Assembly (NCBI GenBank): GCA_022184915.1
Contig: JAGTJU010000008.1
Location: 6,760 to 70,759 of the forward strand
DNA from: Myxococcales bacterium
GTDB lineage: Bacteria > Myxococcota_A > Polyangia > Fen-1088
Length of the DNA: 64,000 bases
Direction: 5' to 3'
The number at the start of each line of letters is the position of its first letter. Positions within the stretch are counted from its first letter, which is position 1. Positions 9,387 to 19,382 of the stretch are shown here, in pieces. A program made the translations under genes and the position numbers. The notes below the pieces were generated by a model. That model ran no database searches. It saw only the letters and a list, made by a program, of their open reading frames with translations, and had not been told where the DNA came from.

Positions 9387-11206
9387 TGTTAGGCCCAAGT
9401 AGAAATGTCCCCATTCCTGCAAAGTAGGAATGTCCCCTTATGGGTATTGAGGGATGGTAGCACCTTGGGGGCGGCGGGTGCGGAGTCGGCCGATCAGCGG
9501 GCCCCCAATGGCCCGCAGGCCGGCGGACCCGTTGCCATTGAGTTGATGCTCATCGCCGCCCCCCGTCAGCGGCCCTCGCACTAGACTCGGCCGCCTTGGC
9601 TCGGGTTTGGATCTCCAATTGTTCGCGGTCGCGTTTGCGCTGCTTACTGGCGTCGTTGTATCGCTTTCGCCGTGCTTTCTGTTCGGCCTCGAACTTGGCG
9701 AAGAAGTTTGCCATTTCAGTCCCGCATTCAGGTGACCCTTGCGTGGCCGCAATGGCTGAAGCCAGTCGGTCAGTGTTGGGGACTGATGGGATCACATCAG
9801 CAGTACGATTGGTTTCTGCGCGCGACTCGCGTAAGTGCGTTTTTTGTCGAAGCGTAAGTTTTTTCGAGGCCAATCGACGCTGGTCGCGCTCCTCCTGGCC
9901 TGCTCGGATGGTTGAGAGCACGGCGCCAAGCCGCTTGTTCTCGACAATCGCACCGGGAGCCACCAGAGGTTGCTTGTCGAGCACGGTATAGGTCAGAAGA
10001 TGGTTGGCGCAGCGGATCTCGACCTGACCATCCGCCGCTTCGAAGAGGCGCACGCGACGTCCGGCGAGGCTGAGTGATTCTGGGCTGGGCACAATCAGGT
10101 ACGTACGCCGCTGATAATGCACGACCAGGTTGCGCGTCATCGTGCGCTCCTCTTGCCAGGTGAAAACCTCCGAAAGGACTTCGCCTGGTTGCACCGGGCG
10201 GTGCGCATCATGGGGGTTCATCGGCGCATGTGCAAAGCGGCGGTTGTAGTCGACCATGAACTCCGGTGCATACGCGTTTGCGTCCGCCATCGTGCTTATT
10301 TCACGCAGACGCATTTCCTTGACGAGCCGGTCCTGCAAGGTCTTGTTCATGCGCTCGACACGGCCTTTGGCCTGCGGCGTATTGGCGCAGATGATCTCGA
10401 TGTTGAGATCGCCCAGCGCGCGACCGAACTGTGTAACACCGGCGGAACGGCCGCTCGAGCCTTCCTGGTTCACGCGGAAGATGCTGTGTTTGTCGCTGTA
10501 AAACGCCACCGGTTTTCCGTAGTGACTTAGATACGACTGCGTGGCGGCAAAATAGTCGAAGGCCGATTCACTCACCACAAAACGCAGTTCCATCAACCGT
10601 CCCGTCGCATCGTCCACGTAGACCAATGCCGTGCAGCGATCAGCGCGCGCCTCGAACCACTCATGGTCGCAGCCATCAATTTGCACCAGCTCGCCAAGAC
10701 ATTGGCGGCGGTGCCGGGGCTGATGAACACGCCGTTTGCGCTCCCCACGGGTGAGCCACAGTCCGGCCTCAGCGAGCCACCCACGGACAGTCTCACGGCT
10801 CGCGTGTATGCCGTGGATCTCAACGAGCTTCTCGTGCGCCAGCTTCGGCCCGAAATCCGCGTAGCGCTCGCGTACGAGAGCCACAACCATTGCCTTCGTT
10901 TCAGCAGCGAGCTTGCGATTGCTCGGACGCCCTCGCAGCTGCGACGTAAGCCCAGCCAACCCTTGCGCTTTGAACTGCCGGCAAAGGCGCTTTACTTGGC
11001 GTACGCTGAGCCCCAGCAGGCCCGCGGCTTTGGACTGTGTCAGACGCTTCTCGAGTACCCGACGGATCATCTCGCCTCGATCGATCTCTCGGTTGGACAT
11101 GGTTACGAATCCCTTCGGCATGAGTCCACCCATGAGGACGCATAACGCGGCTCAAAGGGGACATTTCTACTTGGGCCGAAGGGGACATTTGAACTTGGGC
11201 GCTACA
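9387..11206 (-). mobile_element. ISNCY/IS1202-like insertion sequence with 6-bp target duplication CGCCGC
   Basis: TGT...ACA ends with iterated GGGGACATT motifs; CGCCGC at 9381-9386 and 11207-11212. Confidence 0.9.
9550..11133 (-). CDS. IS1202-like DDE transposase
   Basis: GELVQIDG..H.WFE, VDDATG, FYSDKHSIF, PQAKGRVER.N.TLQDRL. Confidence 0.93.
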   Translation of the reverse strand: MGGLMPKGFVTMSNREIDRGEMIRRVLEKRLTQSKAAGLLGLSVRQVKRLCRQFKAQGLAGLTSQLRGRPSNRKLAAETKAMVVALVRERYADFGPKLAHEKLVEIHGIHASRETVRGWLAEAGLWLTRGERKRRVHQPRHRRQCLGELVQIDGCDHEWFEARADRCTALVYVDDATGRLMELRFVVSESAFDYFAATQSYLSHYGKPVAFYSDKHSIFRVNQEGSSGRSAGVTQFGRALGDLNIEIICANTPQAKGRVERMNKTLQDRLVKEMRLREISTMADANAYAPEFMVDYNRRFAHAPMNPHDAHRPVQPGEVLSEVFTWQEERTMTRNLVVHYQRRTYLIVPSPESLSLAGRRVRLFEAADGQVEIRCANHLLTYTVLDKQPLVAPGAIVENKRLGAVLSTIRAGQEERDQRRLASKKLTLRQKTHLRESRAETNRTADVIPSVPNTDRLASAIAATQGSPECGTEMANFFAKFEAEQKARRKRYNDASKQRKRDREQLEIQTRAKAAESSARAADGGRR

Positions 11207-11212
11207 CGCCGC

Positions 11213-11278
11213 TACCCGATATATGAATGTTCTGTCAACTAACGTAAGCCGTCTCGCATCCTCAGCCTTGCTGCCGGG
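11213..11278 (+). repeat. dif-like site 2
   Basis: TACCCGATAT-ATGAATG-TTCTGTCAACT-AACGTAAGCCGTCTCGCATCCTCAGCCTTGCTGCCGGG. Confidence 0.8.
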
Positions 11279-11413
11279 ACTGCATCGCTGAGCTCCAAAA
11301 GGTGCTTGTCATGCAGAACATCCTGTCACCGCTCTTCCCGTGAATCTTCCGGCACCTTACATCCCCTGATTCGGCGGAGGTCTTGTGTTCCCGCAATCTC
11401 GGCCACCGGCGCC

Positions 11414-11818
11414 TCAACGCTCTTGCGAACAAGGAGATTCGACGGGGATCCGTAACGATCTCGCGGCTTCATCCAGGCGAACGTCATAAGTCACGAAGGC
11501 GCTGACATCAGACAGGTGCGTAAAGGCCGTCGCAAGGTGGATGGCGTCGAGGCTTCGCAGTACGTCCGGAGGCAGGTTCTCCGCGGTCTCAAGGATCCGA
11601 TCGTCGATTTTGAGTAGGGCAACGGCCGCTAGAACGCCGCGCGCACGATCAAGATGGTCCGGCGCTGCTCGCTTGACAGCTCGAACAAGCTCAACACGCG
11701 CAAGCTGCGACGAGAAGAACGTCTCGCCCGCGCGCAACCTGATCCAAGTTTGCAGCGCTACGGTTTCTGCCTCGCGCACCACGAGCTTCACCAGGGCAGA
11801 GGTGTCGAGATAGATCAC
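11414..11818 (-). CDS. vapC: VapC PIN-domain toxin
   Basis: IYLDTSALVKL..E, LRSLDAIHLATA, FVTYD.RL. Confidence 0.93.
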   Translation of the reverse strand: MIYLDTSALVKLVVREAETVALQTWIRLRAGETFFSSQLARVELVRAVKRAAPDHLDRARGVLAAVALLKIDDRILETAENLPPDVLRSLDAIHLATAFTHLSDVSAFVTYDVRLDEAARSLRIPVESPCSQER

Positions 11819-12099
11819 GACCGCTCTGCCTGGCGCGCTTGATCGAGCACTTCAGAAAGCGACGGGCCAGTGCCCGAGGGCGGAGGAAGTGGTGTTAACA
11901 GAGCATCCGTAGAGCTGGTTGCAGCGATGGCCCGCCCCTCACTGACGAGCCGGTCGATGACCGATGCGTTGGAGAGAACGGGGACGATACGAGCGATGGG
12001 GCGGCCGTACTCTCGGACTTCAAGCGATTCACCAGCTTTGACCCGCTCAAGCACCTTGGCTGTTTGCTGGTTGAGTTCTGTAACCGAGACAATGGCCAT
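11815..12099 (-). CDS. Phd/YefM-family antitoxin
   Basis: VSVTELNQQTAKVLERVKAGE....YGRPIARIVP; overlaps the vapC start. Confidence 0.9.
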   Translation of the reverse strand: MAIVSVTELNQQTAKVLERVKAGESLEVREYGRPIARIVPVLSNASVIDRLVSEGRAIAATSSTDALLTPLPPPSGTGPSLSEVLDQARQAERS

Positions 12100-12104
12100 C
12101 TCGT

Positions 12105-12129
12105 CAAACTAGTACTTGCTACTAGTTTG
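12105..12129. promoter_or_regulatory. inverted-repeat operator of the antitoxin-vapC operon
   Basis: CAAACTAGTA-cttgc-TACTAGTTTG, a perfect 10-bp IR just upstream of the ATG. Confidence 0.7.
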
Positions 12130-12210
12130 GTCAAGAGGTCTGAAGATCGAGGCAGGAAATCACATCGCCAGTGGATAGGAAGTTCAAGCGCGACGACGCC
12201 ATGAGTCAGA

Positions 12211-12489
12211 TGTCAACGCAAAGTAGAAATGTCCGCTTCTGCAAAGTAGAAATGTCCCGTGCGGCGCGGCGTGGAGGGGGTAGCGGAGGCGGGGTTTTGG
12301 CCACAGATGCACGGCGGGCACGGCCCGCGCGCAGGCAGGTGACGACGTGCGGCTGTGGGCAAGTGCAGGGCCAAAAGCATGCCGCAGCGGGGGTGGTGAG
12401 CTAGGCAAAGGGGCGCGGCACGATAGCGACCGCCCCCCCTCTGCCTCACGGGACTGTTGTGGGGCTCAGCGCCGCCTCGCGGGCTGCAG
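12211..12489 (-). mobile_element. right-end remnant of an IS1202-like element
   Basis: Starts TGTCAACGCAAAGTAGAAATGTCCGC and is homologous to 29853-~30130; preceded by a C-side flank (12171-12210) ending TCAGA. Confidence 0.85.
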
Positions 12490-12590
12490 CCCGGCAGCAA
12501 GGGAGGATGCAAGGCGGCTTACGTTAGTTGACAGAAGATATTATATCGGGCGTTTTTTGATGCGGACGGATGTGGCGCTTAAACTTCCGG
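12490..12590 (-). repeat. dif-like site 3 (complete, both flanks)
   Basis: Minus strand: CCGGAAGTTTAAGCGCCACATCCGTCCGCATCAAAAA-ACGCCCGATAT-AATATC-TTCTGTCAACT-AACGTAAGCCGCC...CTGCCGGG. Confidence 0.85.
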
Positions 12591-12599
12591 TACACTGCG

Positions 12600-13822
12600 C
12601 GCCCGTGACGTCTCCGATCCGCTCCCCAGGCGGCGAGCCCAAACGCACCGCCCTAGGCTCGCCGCGCACCCCGGTTTCTCTCTGCCTCCGCTCCTGGCGG
12701 GCCCCGTGGGACGCGCCCGGGGGACGCAGAGCTGGTACTCACGGGGGGGGGCGTGCCGGATCCGCGGCTGTTTCCCGACGTGCCGCTCGTGCGCGCCTAC
12801 CGGCGTGTGCTGGCGCGAACAGGGCCCCGATTGCTCGACTATGGCGACGCTCGCGGGGAGGCGCGGCTGCGTGAGGCGCTGGCCCGCATGTTGGCCGAGA
12901 CGCGCGGCCTGGCCGCCACGTCCGACGATGTGCTCCTCATGCGGGCAGCCAGCAGGCGATCTGGCTGGCGGCGCAGGCTCTCTTGCGCCCTGGCGATCGC
13001 GTGGGCGTCGAGACCTACGGCTATCCGCCGGCCATGCAGGCGCTTCTCTCGACGGGTGCCGTGCTCGTGCCCCTGCACGTAGATGCCGAAGGCGTGCGCC
13101 TCGACGAACTCGAACGGGCCCTGGCGGCGGGAGGCCTCGTGGCGGCGTACCTGATACCTCGCCACCAATACCCGACGACGGCCTCGCTCATCGCGCCTCG
13201 TCGCCTGGCCTTGCTCGCGCTCGCCCGGCGGCACCGCTTTGCCCTCATCGAGGATGACTAGTCACACGAGTTTCACTTCACGGGGCGTCCCCGCTTACCC
13301 CTGGCCAGCCAGGACGCGCACGGTGTGGTCATCTACGTCGGCAGCCTGCTGAAGGTTCTAGCCCCAGGGCTGCGCATTGGCTACGCGGTGGCACCCGTGC
13401 CCGTGCTCGAACGCATGGCGGCCCTGCGGACATCCATCGACCGACAGGGCGACAACGTGGCCGAAGCGGCGGTGGCGGAGCTTCTCGAAGATGGTGATCT
13501 GGCCCGCCGTTCGCGTCGCATGCGCCAGGTCTATCAGGCAAGGCGCGACGTGCTGATGACGGCGCTTCGAGACACGCTGGGTGAACGCGTTTCGTTCGAG
13601 GTGCCCCAGGGCGGCATGGCGTTATGGGTACAGGTTCATGGCGACGATCCGGTCGCGTGGGCGAAAAAGGCACGGGAGTGCGGTGTCACGTTCGGCGCGG
13701 GACGCGATTACCACGTGTTTCGCAAGCCCGTGCCGTTCGTTCGCATGGGCTTCACACGCCTCGACGAACGTGAACTGCGGCGGGCGGTACGGTTGGCTGA
13801 AACCGCCTGGGTCGAGGCCTGA
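12600..13822 (+). pseudogene. MocR/GabR-type PLP aminotransferase-domain regulator, decayed
   Basis: PDPRLFP, YGDARG..RLR, HQYPT, IEDD*(TAG 13259)SHEF, VIYVGS..K.LAPGLRIGY; frameshifts; no HTH. Confidence 0.85.
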
Positions 13823-14153
13823 ACCTGCCCGAGCTGGCTTCGGGGCAAGCCCTCGACACCCAGAAGCGGAGCCGTTGCGAGCCGGGCGTGCATCACGGGG
13901 CTCGTGCTTGCCGTGCTCGCGCTGCCAGCTTGCCGCCGCGACACCGCACCCTCACCGCCACCTCCTGCGACCAAAAGCGCGCCACCGGCGAACGTGAGGC
14001 CCCGAGATTCGTATTCTTTTTTGGCTCGGGGCCCCTCGAGGGCCCGATTTTCGAATTGCAATACCCCCGAAGGGGGCGGGTTGGCCTGTCTGGCTTATTT
14101 CAATTCACCCAGACATGCCGCGTCGCGTGCTGGGCGAATTCAAGATGCTTGCC

Positions 14154-14687
14154 TTACGAAACCGAGGCTGCCTCCTCGCGCAGCATCGCAAAAAGATCCG
14201 TGACGCCCGGGTCACAGCCCTGTTGCGTGAGCAGGGTGGTCACCTGGCCGCGATGGTGAGTTTGGTGGTTGAAGAGATGGGAGACGGCCCACCACAGTGG
14301 CGCCTCCTGCCGCTGTCCAAGCCGCAGGTAGACGAGTGGCCCCGTCAACCTCTCCGGAGTGAGCCCGGCGACCCATGCGGAAAGGGCCTCGTCCGTACGC
14401 CGCCGCTCGAGGCGCAGCTCTTCGAAGCTGCCGTAGAGCTCCTGGTCCAAAGAGCGGATGCCCCCAGGGCCGATGCAGCCGTCGGGCAGGGTCTTACCCT
14501 CAAACCGGGCGAGCCACACTCTATCGGTCAGCAAGAGATGGTTGAGCGTGCCGTGAATCGAGCGGAAGAACGCGCCTGCGTCCTTCTTGCGAACCTCGTC
14601 ACTGAGCGTGGAGGCGCGCTCGAAGAGCTTGTCGTTCATCCAGCGGCTGTATCGCGCAAGGGAACTCAACCATTCGGGGCTCGCCAT
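14154..14687 (-). CDS. DinB family protein
   Basis: ARY..WMN, FF.SIHGTLNHLL..D..WL.RF, HLFNHQTHHRGQ. Confidence 0.9.
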   Translation of the reverse strand: MASPEWLSSLARYSRWMNDKLFERASTLSDEVRKKDAGAFFRSIHGTLNHLLLTDRVWLARFEGKTLPDGCIGPGGIRSLDQELYGSFEELRLERRRTDEALSAWVAGLTPERLTGPLVYLRLGQRQEAPLWWAVSHLFNHQTHHRGQVTTLLTQQGCDPGVTDLFAMLREEAASVS

Positions 14688-14707
14688 GGGCACGAGTATA
14701 CCCAGCC

Positions 14708-15190
14708 TCAGTCGCAAGCGCCGAGACGCTTGAGGCTCCACTTGGGATTGCGCCCGTCGAGACCCGCGACGTTGTCCGGATAGTTCGAGTCTTGCAGCCA
14801 GATCCCCAGTTTCCCACCGGGGTGCTCGTACGTGACCGGCGGCAGGAGCTTGCTCGCGGTTACGCAGTCCTCGAACTCGGCGTAGGCACCGCTGCCCGCA
14901 AAGACCCCGACGTTGCCCGGCAAGCCCACCTTCTTGTCCGCGGTGGAGTCACCCACCAGCCACCAGTTGCAGCAGCCACCAGGTGCGAAGGCGTTGCCCG
15001 TCCAGCCCTGCCCGAGGTTCTATTTGTTGCACCCGTCCACGTAGGACAGCATGGCCGCCGAATGAGCCGCCCCCATCGAGCTTCCCTCCGGGGTCGCCCT
15101 CGTCACCACAACCAGCAGCCCGGGACAGCCTCGGAGAACGCCGAGCCGCCACGCAACGCCGCTGTTCGGCTCTGAGGGCCGGCGCTCATG
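14708..15190 (-). pseudogene. secreted Cys-containing protein with in-frame TAG
   Basis: Frame SYVDGCNK*NLGQGWTGNAF..CCNWWLVGD...PKWSLKRLGACD continues through the TAG at 15020-15022. Confidence 0.5.
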
Positions 15191-15198
15191 ACGAAGAT

Positions 15199-15909
15199 TC
15201 ACGGGCGTGAGCGCCGCACGCACACCAGGTTGCATCCCGAACCCAAGGGCGGATGCACGGTGCAGGCCCAGCTGCCATTGGCACACGTGCAAGCATTACC
15301 GATCTCGTTGCCACACACGTCGCCCGCCGTGCAGGCCGTCCCCGGTTGGTCGGCAGCGCCGCAGGTTCGCGGGCAGTTCGGCAGGACTTCTTCGGGGCAA
15401 GGATTGGCGCATTGGCTTTGGATGCAGTCGACAGGGGGCGCAGGCGCGCAGTCGCACACGGGCCCGCCGCAGCTGGCCTCCTGATACCCCGTGGCAAGGT
15501 CGTCGAGGGTCGCTTGCGTCAGGCTCTTGTTGACCAGGGCATAGCACCCGCCCAACCCGATTCCGCAGTGGCCGTAGAGCACATGGCAGTCGGCGGCCGC
15601 CTGACAGCTCTTGGCCGCTGAGATGACGGCTGTGTAGCCGTCCCTGCGATCAGTGCAGCTCAGGGTCATCGACCCGTCGACAGGGGCGTCACCGCCCGAT
15701 GAGGATCCATCGACCGCGGCGTCGGCGCCGCAGGCGGGCTCGTACTTGCAGTTCCTATCGAACTGCTGCGTGATCTCATTCCACTCGCAGATTCGGGTGG
15801 TGCGAGTGCAGGCTTTTTCTTCGCTGTCGTCGCAGGCGGGTCCAAGAGCTGAAAGAAGGGCCAGGCCGAGCAACCAAGACGTAGAACGGAGGGTCGACGC
15901 TACGTACAT
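15199..15909 (-). CDS. Cys-rich putative lipoprotein
   Basis: Hydrophobic signal ending GPAC-DD; many paired Cys. Confidence 0.7.
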   Translation of the reverse strand: MYVASTLRSTSWLLGLALLSALGPACDDSEEKACTRTTRICEWNEITQQFDRNCKYEPACGADAAVDGSSSGGDAPVDGSMTLSCTDRRDGYTAVISAAKSCQAAADCHVLYGHCGIGLGGCYALVNKSLTQATLDDLATGYQEASCGGPVCDCAPAPPVDCIQSQCANPCPEEVLPNCPRTCGAADQPGTACTAGDVCGNEIGNACTCANGSWACTVHPPLGSGCNLVCVRRSRP

Positions 15910-16197
15910 GATGACCCGAGGTTAGGCGGCTGCCAGCCGCAAAACAAGCGAGTACGCTCGAACGGTGCCAGGTGATGGTGGAGCGAAGGTCACCCTGTCG
16001 TACAGCGCGTTCGACCCCGACTCATGCCCCGAACGCACTGGCGTGGTTGCCTGGCCCGCCCCGCAAGATCCCGCTCTCGGAACGGTGCACCCCGGTCGAC
16101 TCGAGTGCGGCCAGCCGGTTCCGGGCGAGAGTAGGTTTCTTTACAACGTGCCCGCGCCGGGAGGGAACGCTGGCCAAGGGGCGCCTCCGTGCTCCGT

Positions 16198-17136
16198 TCA
16201 ACGGTGACTGCAAAGCGCGCTTCGAAGCCCGGGCTGTCGCCGAACATCCCCATGACCCCGCAACTCGACCAGTCCAAACGACCAGCGTCCACCTGGATGA
16301 AACCCGATCTCCACCTCGGCAACATCGCCTGGGTCCACGACTGTGCGAGGAAGCTTCGGAAACACGACTTGGCTCCAGTGAGTGGGAGGCGCATTCGGCG
16401 CCGTCGACAGCTCGACGCTGGGAGACAGCCTCGCCCAAAAGGTGCCCATGATGCCGTCCAGAACACCCGGCCTGTCAATTGGGCAGACAACCCTTCGAAG
16501 AAACCTGCCGCTGGTCGATTCGCCGAGCTCGAAGTGCATGAATGGAACGGTCGGTCCCAAGGCCCGGGCCTGTCGACAGGCTTCGACCACGTAGGGCGAT
16601 GCCTCGTTGACCAGCACCGCTTGCTGTAGGCGGCGAAGATCGAAACCAGCGACGTTGGTCCAGCACTGCCCATGCGTAGGCAGCAACCTGTGCCTCAGCC
16701 CTTCGTGCTCGATCGGGGTCAGCGCGAGCGCAAGTTCTTGCGGGATCATGCGGCCGCCAGGCTTGAGAAAACGGCGACGTGCATCGTGAAGGTACTCGAC
16801 GACGAACTCTTCGAGCGCAAACTGTCCGAATAGTTCCGAGACGACGACGTCAGCGCGTTCCGGCAGGTCGACGGCGAGGGAGTTTGCAGAGACCCACACG
16901 ATTCGATCGGCCAACTGGTTGTCTTGCGCGATGGCGCGCCCGAGCTCGCAGTAGGTGCCCTGCTCGATGGCGTAAACGCGTCGTGCCCCGGCCCGGGCAC
17001 AGAGCAGCGAGAGCAGTCCGAATCCGGCCCCCACGTCGACGACCACGTCGCCCTTTCTGACTTGCTCCCGGATCGCGCGGCCGTAAGCATCCGTCCGCTC
17101 GAGGTCGGCCACGTATCGTCCGAACTCACGCAGCAT
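16198..17136 (-). CDS. PRMT-like (protein arginine) SAM methyltransferase
   Basis: D.ERT.AY..AI, VVDVGAG.GLLS, double-E loop VVSELFG.FALEE, THW loop (PTHWSQ); TAATG coupling. Confidence 0.85.
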   Translation of the reverse strand: MLREFGRYVADLERTDAYGRAIREQVRKGDVVVDVGAGFGLLSLLCARAGARRVYAIEQGTYCELGRAIAQDNQLADRIVWVSANSLAVDLPERADVVVSELFGQFALEEFVVEYLHDARRRFLKPGGRMIPQELALALTPIEHEGLRHRLLPTHGQCWTNVAGFDLRRLQQAVLVNEASPYVVEACRQARALGPTVPFMHFELGESTSGRFLRRVVCPIDRPGVLDGIMGTFWARLSPSVELSTAPNAPPTHWSQVVFPKLPRTVVDPGDVAEVEIGFHPGGRWSFGLVELRGHGDVRRQPGLRSALCSHR

Positions 17137-17756
17137 TACGTCCACTTGACAGCTCCTGGCGGTTTGACGAAGGCCTTGATCGCGCGTGCGTAACGGGACC
17201 AATCCTGGCGACGGGTATCTAGGTGCAAGAAGGGGAGGCGTGTCTTCTTTAGTCCGTCCCATCGGTGCGCCTGCGACCAGCGGACGGCTTCGATTGCAGC
17301 TTCTCGGGAGCCGTACCATGCGTCCATGTCTTGGGCCCACTCCAGCCTGTCGGGGCGCTCTATCGAACGTGTCTCCGCAAGCTCGGAAGGAAAGGTCAAC
17401 AGAACGAGAGAGGCGTCGAGCGCTTCGAGGCGCTCGTCGTATTGGTCGAGAAGTTCCCACCGAGGAAAGAGGGCGTAGGCCGTCAGGTGAAACCGCTCAA
17501 CCAAGAGCAGCCCCGCCGCCCCTTCGTCCCGGTGTCGTTCGATTCTGGCGAGGACCGCGTCGAGGGCCTCAAACCTGGGCCTCTCCCTCCAGGCGGGGTT
17601 GCGCACCTGGTTCATCAGGTCCCCAAGTGTGTCCTCCTCTGGGATGAGCGAGGGTCGATGGGAAAAGCAGCTCTCCATCGCGCGCAGAACCGACGTCTTT
17701 CCCGCCCCCGTGACGCCTTCCAGAATCAGAACGGAGCTCAATTGGGGGCACCCCAC
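17136..17756 (-). CDS. P-loop kinase (thymidylate/NMP kinase-like)
   Basis: LILEGVTGAGKTS Walker A; LLVERFHLT. Confidence 0.75.
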   Translation of the reverse strand: MGCPQLSSVLILEGVTGAGKTSVLRAMESCFSHRPSLIPEEDTLGDLMNQVRNPAWRERPRFEALDAVLARIERHRDEGAAGLLLVERFHLTAYALFPRWELLDQYDERLEALDASLVLLTFPSELAETRSIERPDRLEWAQDMDAWYGSREAAIEAVRWSQAHRWDGLKKTRLPFLHLDTRRQDWSRYARAIKAFVKPPGAVKWT

Positions 17757-18532
17757 AGCAGAACGTCGTTGAGACGCGGAACCGCTCGTTCCAGAACGGT
17801 GCGCTCGATCTCACTGAGCTCCGGATGCCAAAGATCCACCAGCATGAGCCCTCTCCAAACGTCGCTCGTGTTGACAGACTCGTGGTAGTAGCTGCTGTCG
17901 GCGGCCATGCATCGTCCATCGATCCAGGTGCGTCGTTGACCCCCGAAGCTGATCCAGGCTCCATCCGAGAACAGGGGCAAGTACAAAGTGACCACGAAAT
18001 TCACCTTGTCACTGTGTTCCTTGATCCGGGAGTGAGGCCCGAGGAAGGACATGAGCGCCTCGCGCGCGGGAGGAACCTCATCGAGGGTGCGCAGCGCAAC
18101 GGGTGCCTCCGCCGCTGTGGAGGGGACGCGGCGAAGGTGGCGTTGCAGGTAGTATCCCCTCCACTCACCCTCGAGCGGCGATTGCGGGTCTTTCGCCGGG
18201 CTGCTGCCAGATCGACCCGGATGTGAACGGAAGACCCACGGCTTGCTCAGAAGCCGCACCGCCTCTTCCCGAATGAGGGGGAACCGGCTCTCGAGACGTC
18301 TCGCGAGCGGAAAGGCATGCGCATCCCACCAAGGCCTCTCTGTGAGCCCTGGTACGTACAGGCGGGAATGCAAGGCGCGTTGAGGGCCTGGGTCGGGTGG
18401 GGTAGCCTCACCCCTGGCCACGGCGAAGAATACCTCGAGCCGCTCGAGTTCGCTCCCAGGATAGCGGGCGCACGACTCGGCCCAAAGTGCGTCGGCAGAG
18501 CGCTTCAATTCGCGGGCTTGATCTCTCATCAC
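17738..18532 (-). CDS. aspartyl/asparaginyl beta-hydroxylase (Fe/2OG)
   Basis: PGLTERPWW, S.LGP.S.IKEHSD, DSSYYHESVN, R..L.VDLWHPELS..ER. Confidence 0.88.
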   Translation of the reverse strand: MMRDQARELKRSADALWAESCARYPGSELERLEVFFAVARGEATPPDPGPQRALHSRLYVPGLTERPWWDAHAFPLARRLESRFPLIREEAVRLLSKPWVFRSHPGRSGSSPAKDPQSPLEGEWRGYYLQRHLRRVPSTAAEAPVALRTLDEVPPAREALMSFLGPHSRIKEHSDKVNFVVTLYLPLFSDGAWISFGGQRRTWIDGRCMAADSSYYHESVNTSDVWRGLMLVDLWHPELSEIERTVLERAVPRLNDVLLWGAPN

Positions 18533-18533
18533 A

Positions 18534-19382
18534 TCAAGCCTGTCGGATCAGGTGGTTCACCACGCCTGGACGCACGAGATTGGCATGGAAGGCTGCGTTT
18601 CGCACCTGGAGCCGCTCGCACGGGGGTACGAAGAGCGTGGTGTTGTAGGTAATCTTGTCGCCGCTGGAGGCCAACGCCGCCAGCGGCATCGAGATTCTGA
18701 CCTCCCGGTGAGGGGCACCCATTTCGCACTCGACCAGCTCGACCATGTGACCTGGAGGATAAAACCCCATGAGGTACTCGGCCAAAGGCCGCAGCCGTTC
18801 GGCATGGTTCGGCGTTACGCGGGTGATGAATCCCGACCCAAAGCAACCAACTTGGAAGATCAATAAAGGAACATTGCGCATTGGTTGCAGGGCGTAGGAG
18901 ACCATGCGGTTGGCGTCCAGAACCTGAAGGCCAGTGTTGGCGATGTCAAACGGCATCGTCGTGAGGAGCGTGTCGATGGCAGACAGCGCCGGAAGCACCC
19001 GAACCGAGACGCCGTACTGTGGGGCATGCTCGACGAGAAGATGTGTTGGTGAAACGTAGATGGACGGGTGACCCATCACGACGAGAACCACAGAGGCGTG
19101 GCGCAAACCCTCCCCGATCAGGAACGAAACGATCCGACCGTACACCTCGAGGTCGAGATCCCCTTCGCGATAGAAGTCGATCAAGCTTCGCGTGTTGGCG
19201 TTCAGACGCCGAAGGGCAGCGACAGCTTCCACGCCCGACACGAGGTGATAGACGACGTCAGCCTTCGCGACGACGTCAGCGGTCTCCAAAGTCGTATGGT
19301 GGCTGCCAAGCATCCCGGCGCCGCAAATGATGATCTCGTGCCGTTTGGACATGTTCTTGGTCTCAGTCTTCGGCTCAGGCAT
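18534..19382 (-). CDS. borosin-type (tetrapyrrole-methylase fold) methyltransferase
   Basis: H.TLE.....ADVVY, LN....L..FY.EG, GHPSIYV.P, VLPALSA.D.L, G.Q..DAN, L..YL..FYP..H.V. Confidence 0.8.
   Translation of the reverse strand: MPEPKTETKNMSKRHEIIICGAGMLGSHHTTLETADVVAKADVVYHLVSGVEAVAALRRLNANTRSLIDFYREGDLDLEVYGRIVSFLIGEGLRHASVVLVVMGHPSIYVSPTHLLVEHAPQYGVSVRVLPALSAIDTLLTTMPFDIANTGLQVLDANRMVSYALQPMRNVPLLIFQVGCFGSGFITRVTPNHAERLRPLAEYLMGFYPPGHMVELVECEMGAPHREVRISMPLAALASSGDKITYNTTLFVPPCERLQVRNAAFHANLVRPGVVNHLIRQA

Noticed and set aside
13259-15022. Two in-frame TAG codons at apparent Tyr positions as amber recoding
   Set aside because: Both lie in decayed genes, and intact genes here (hipA, mazE, mazF) end in TAG.
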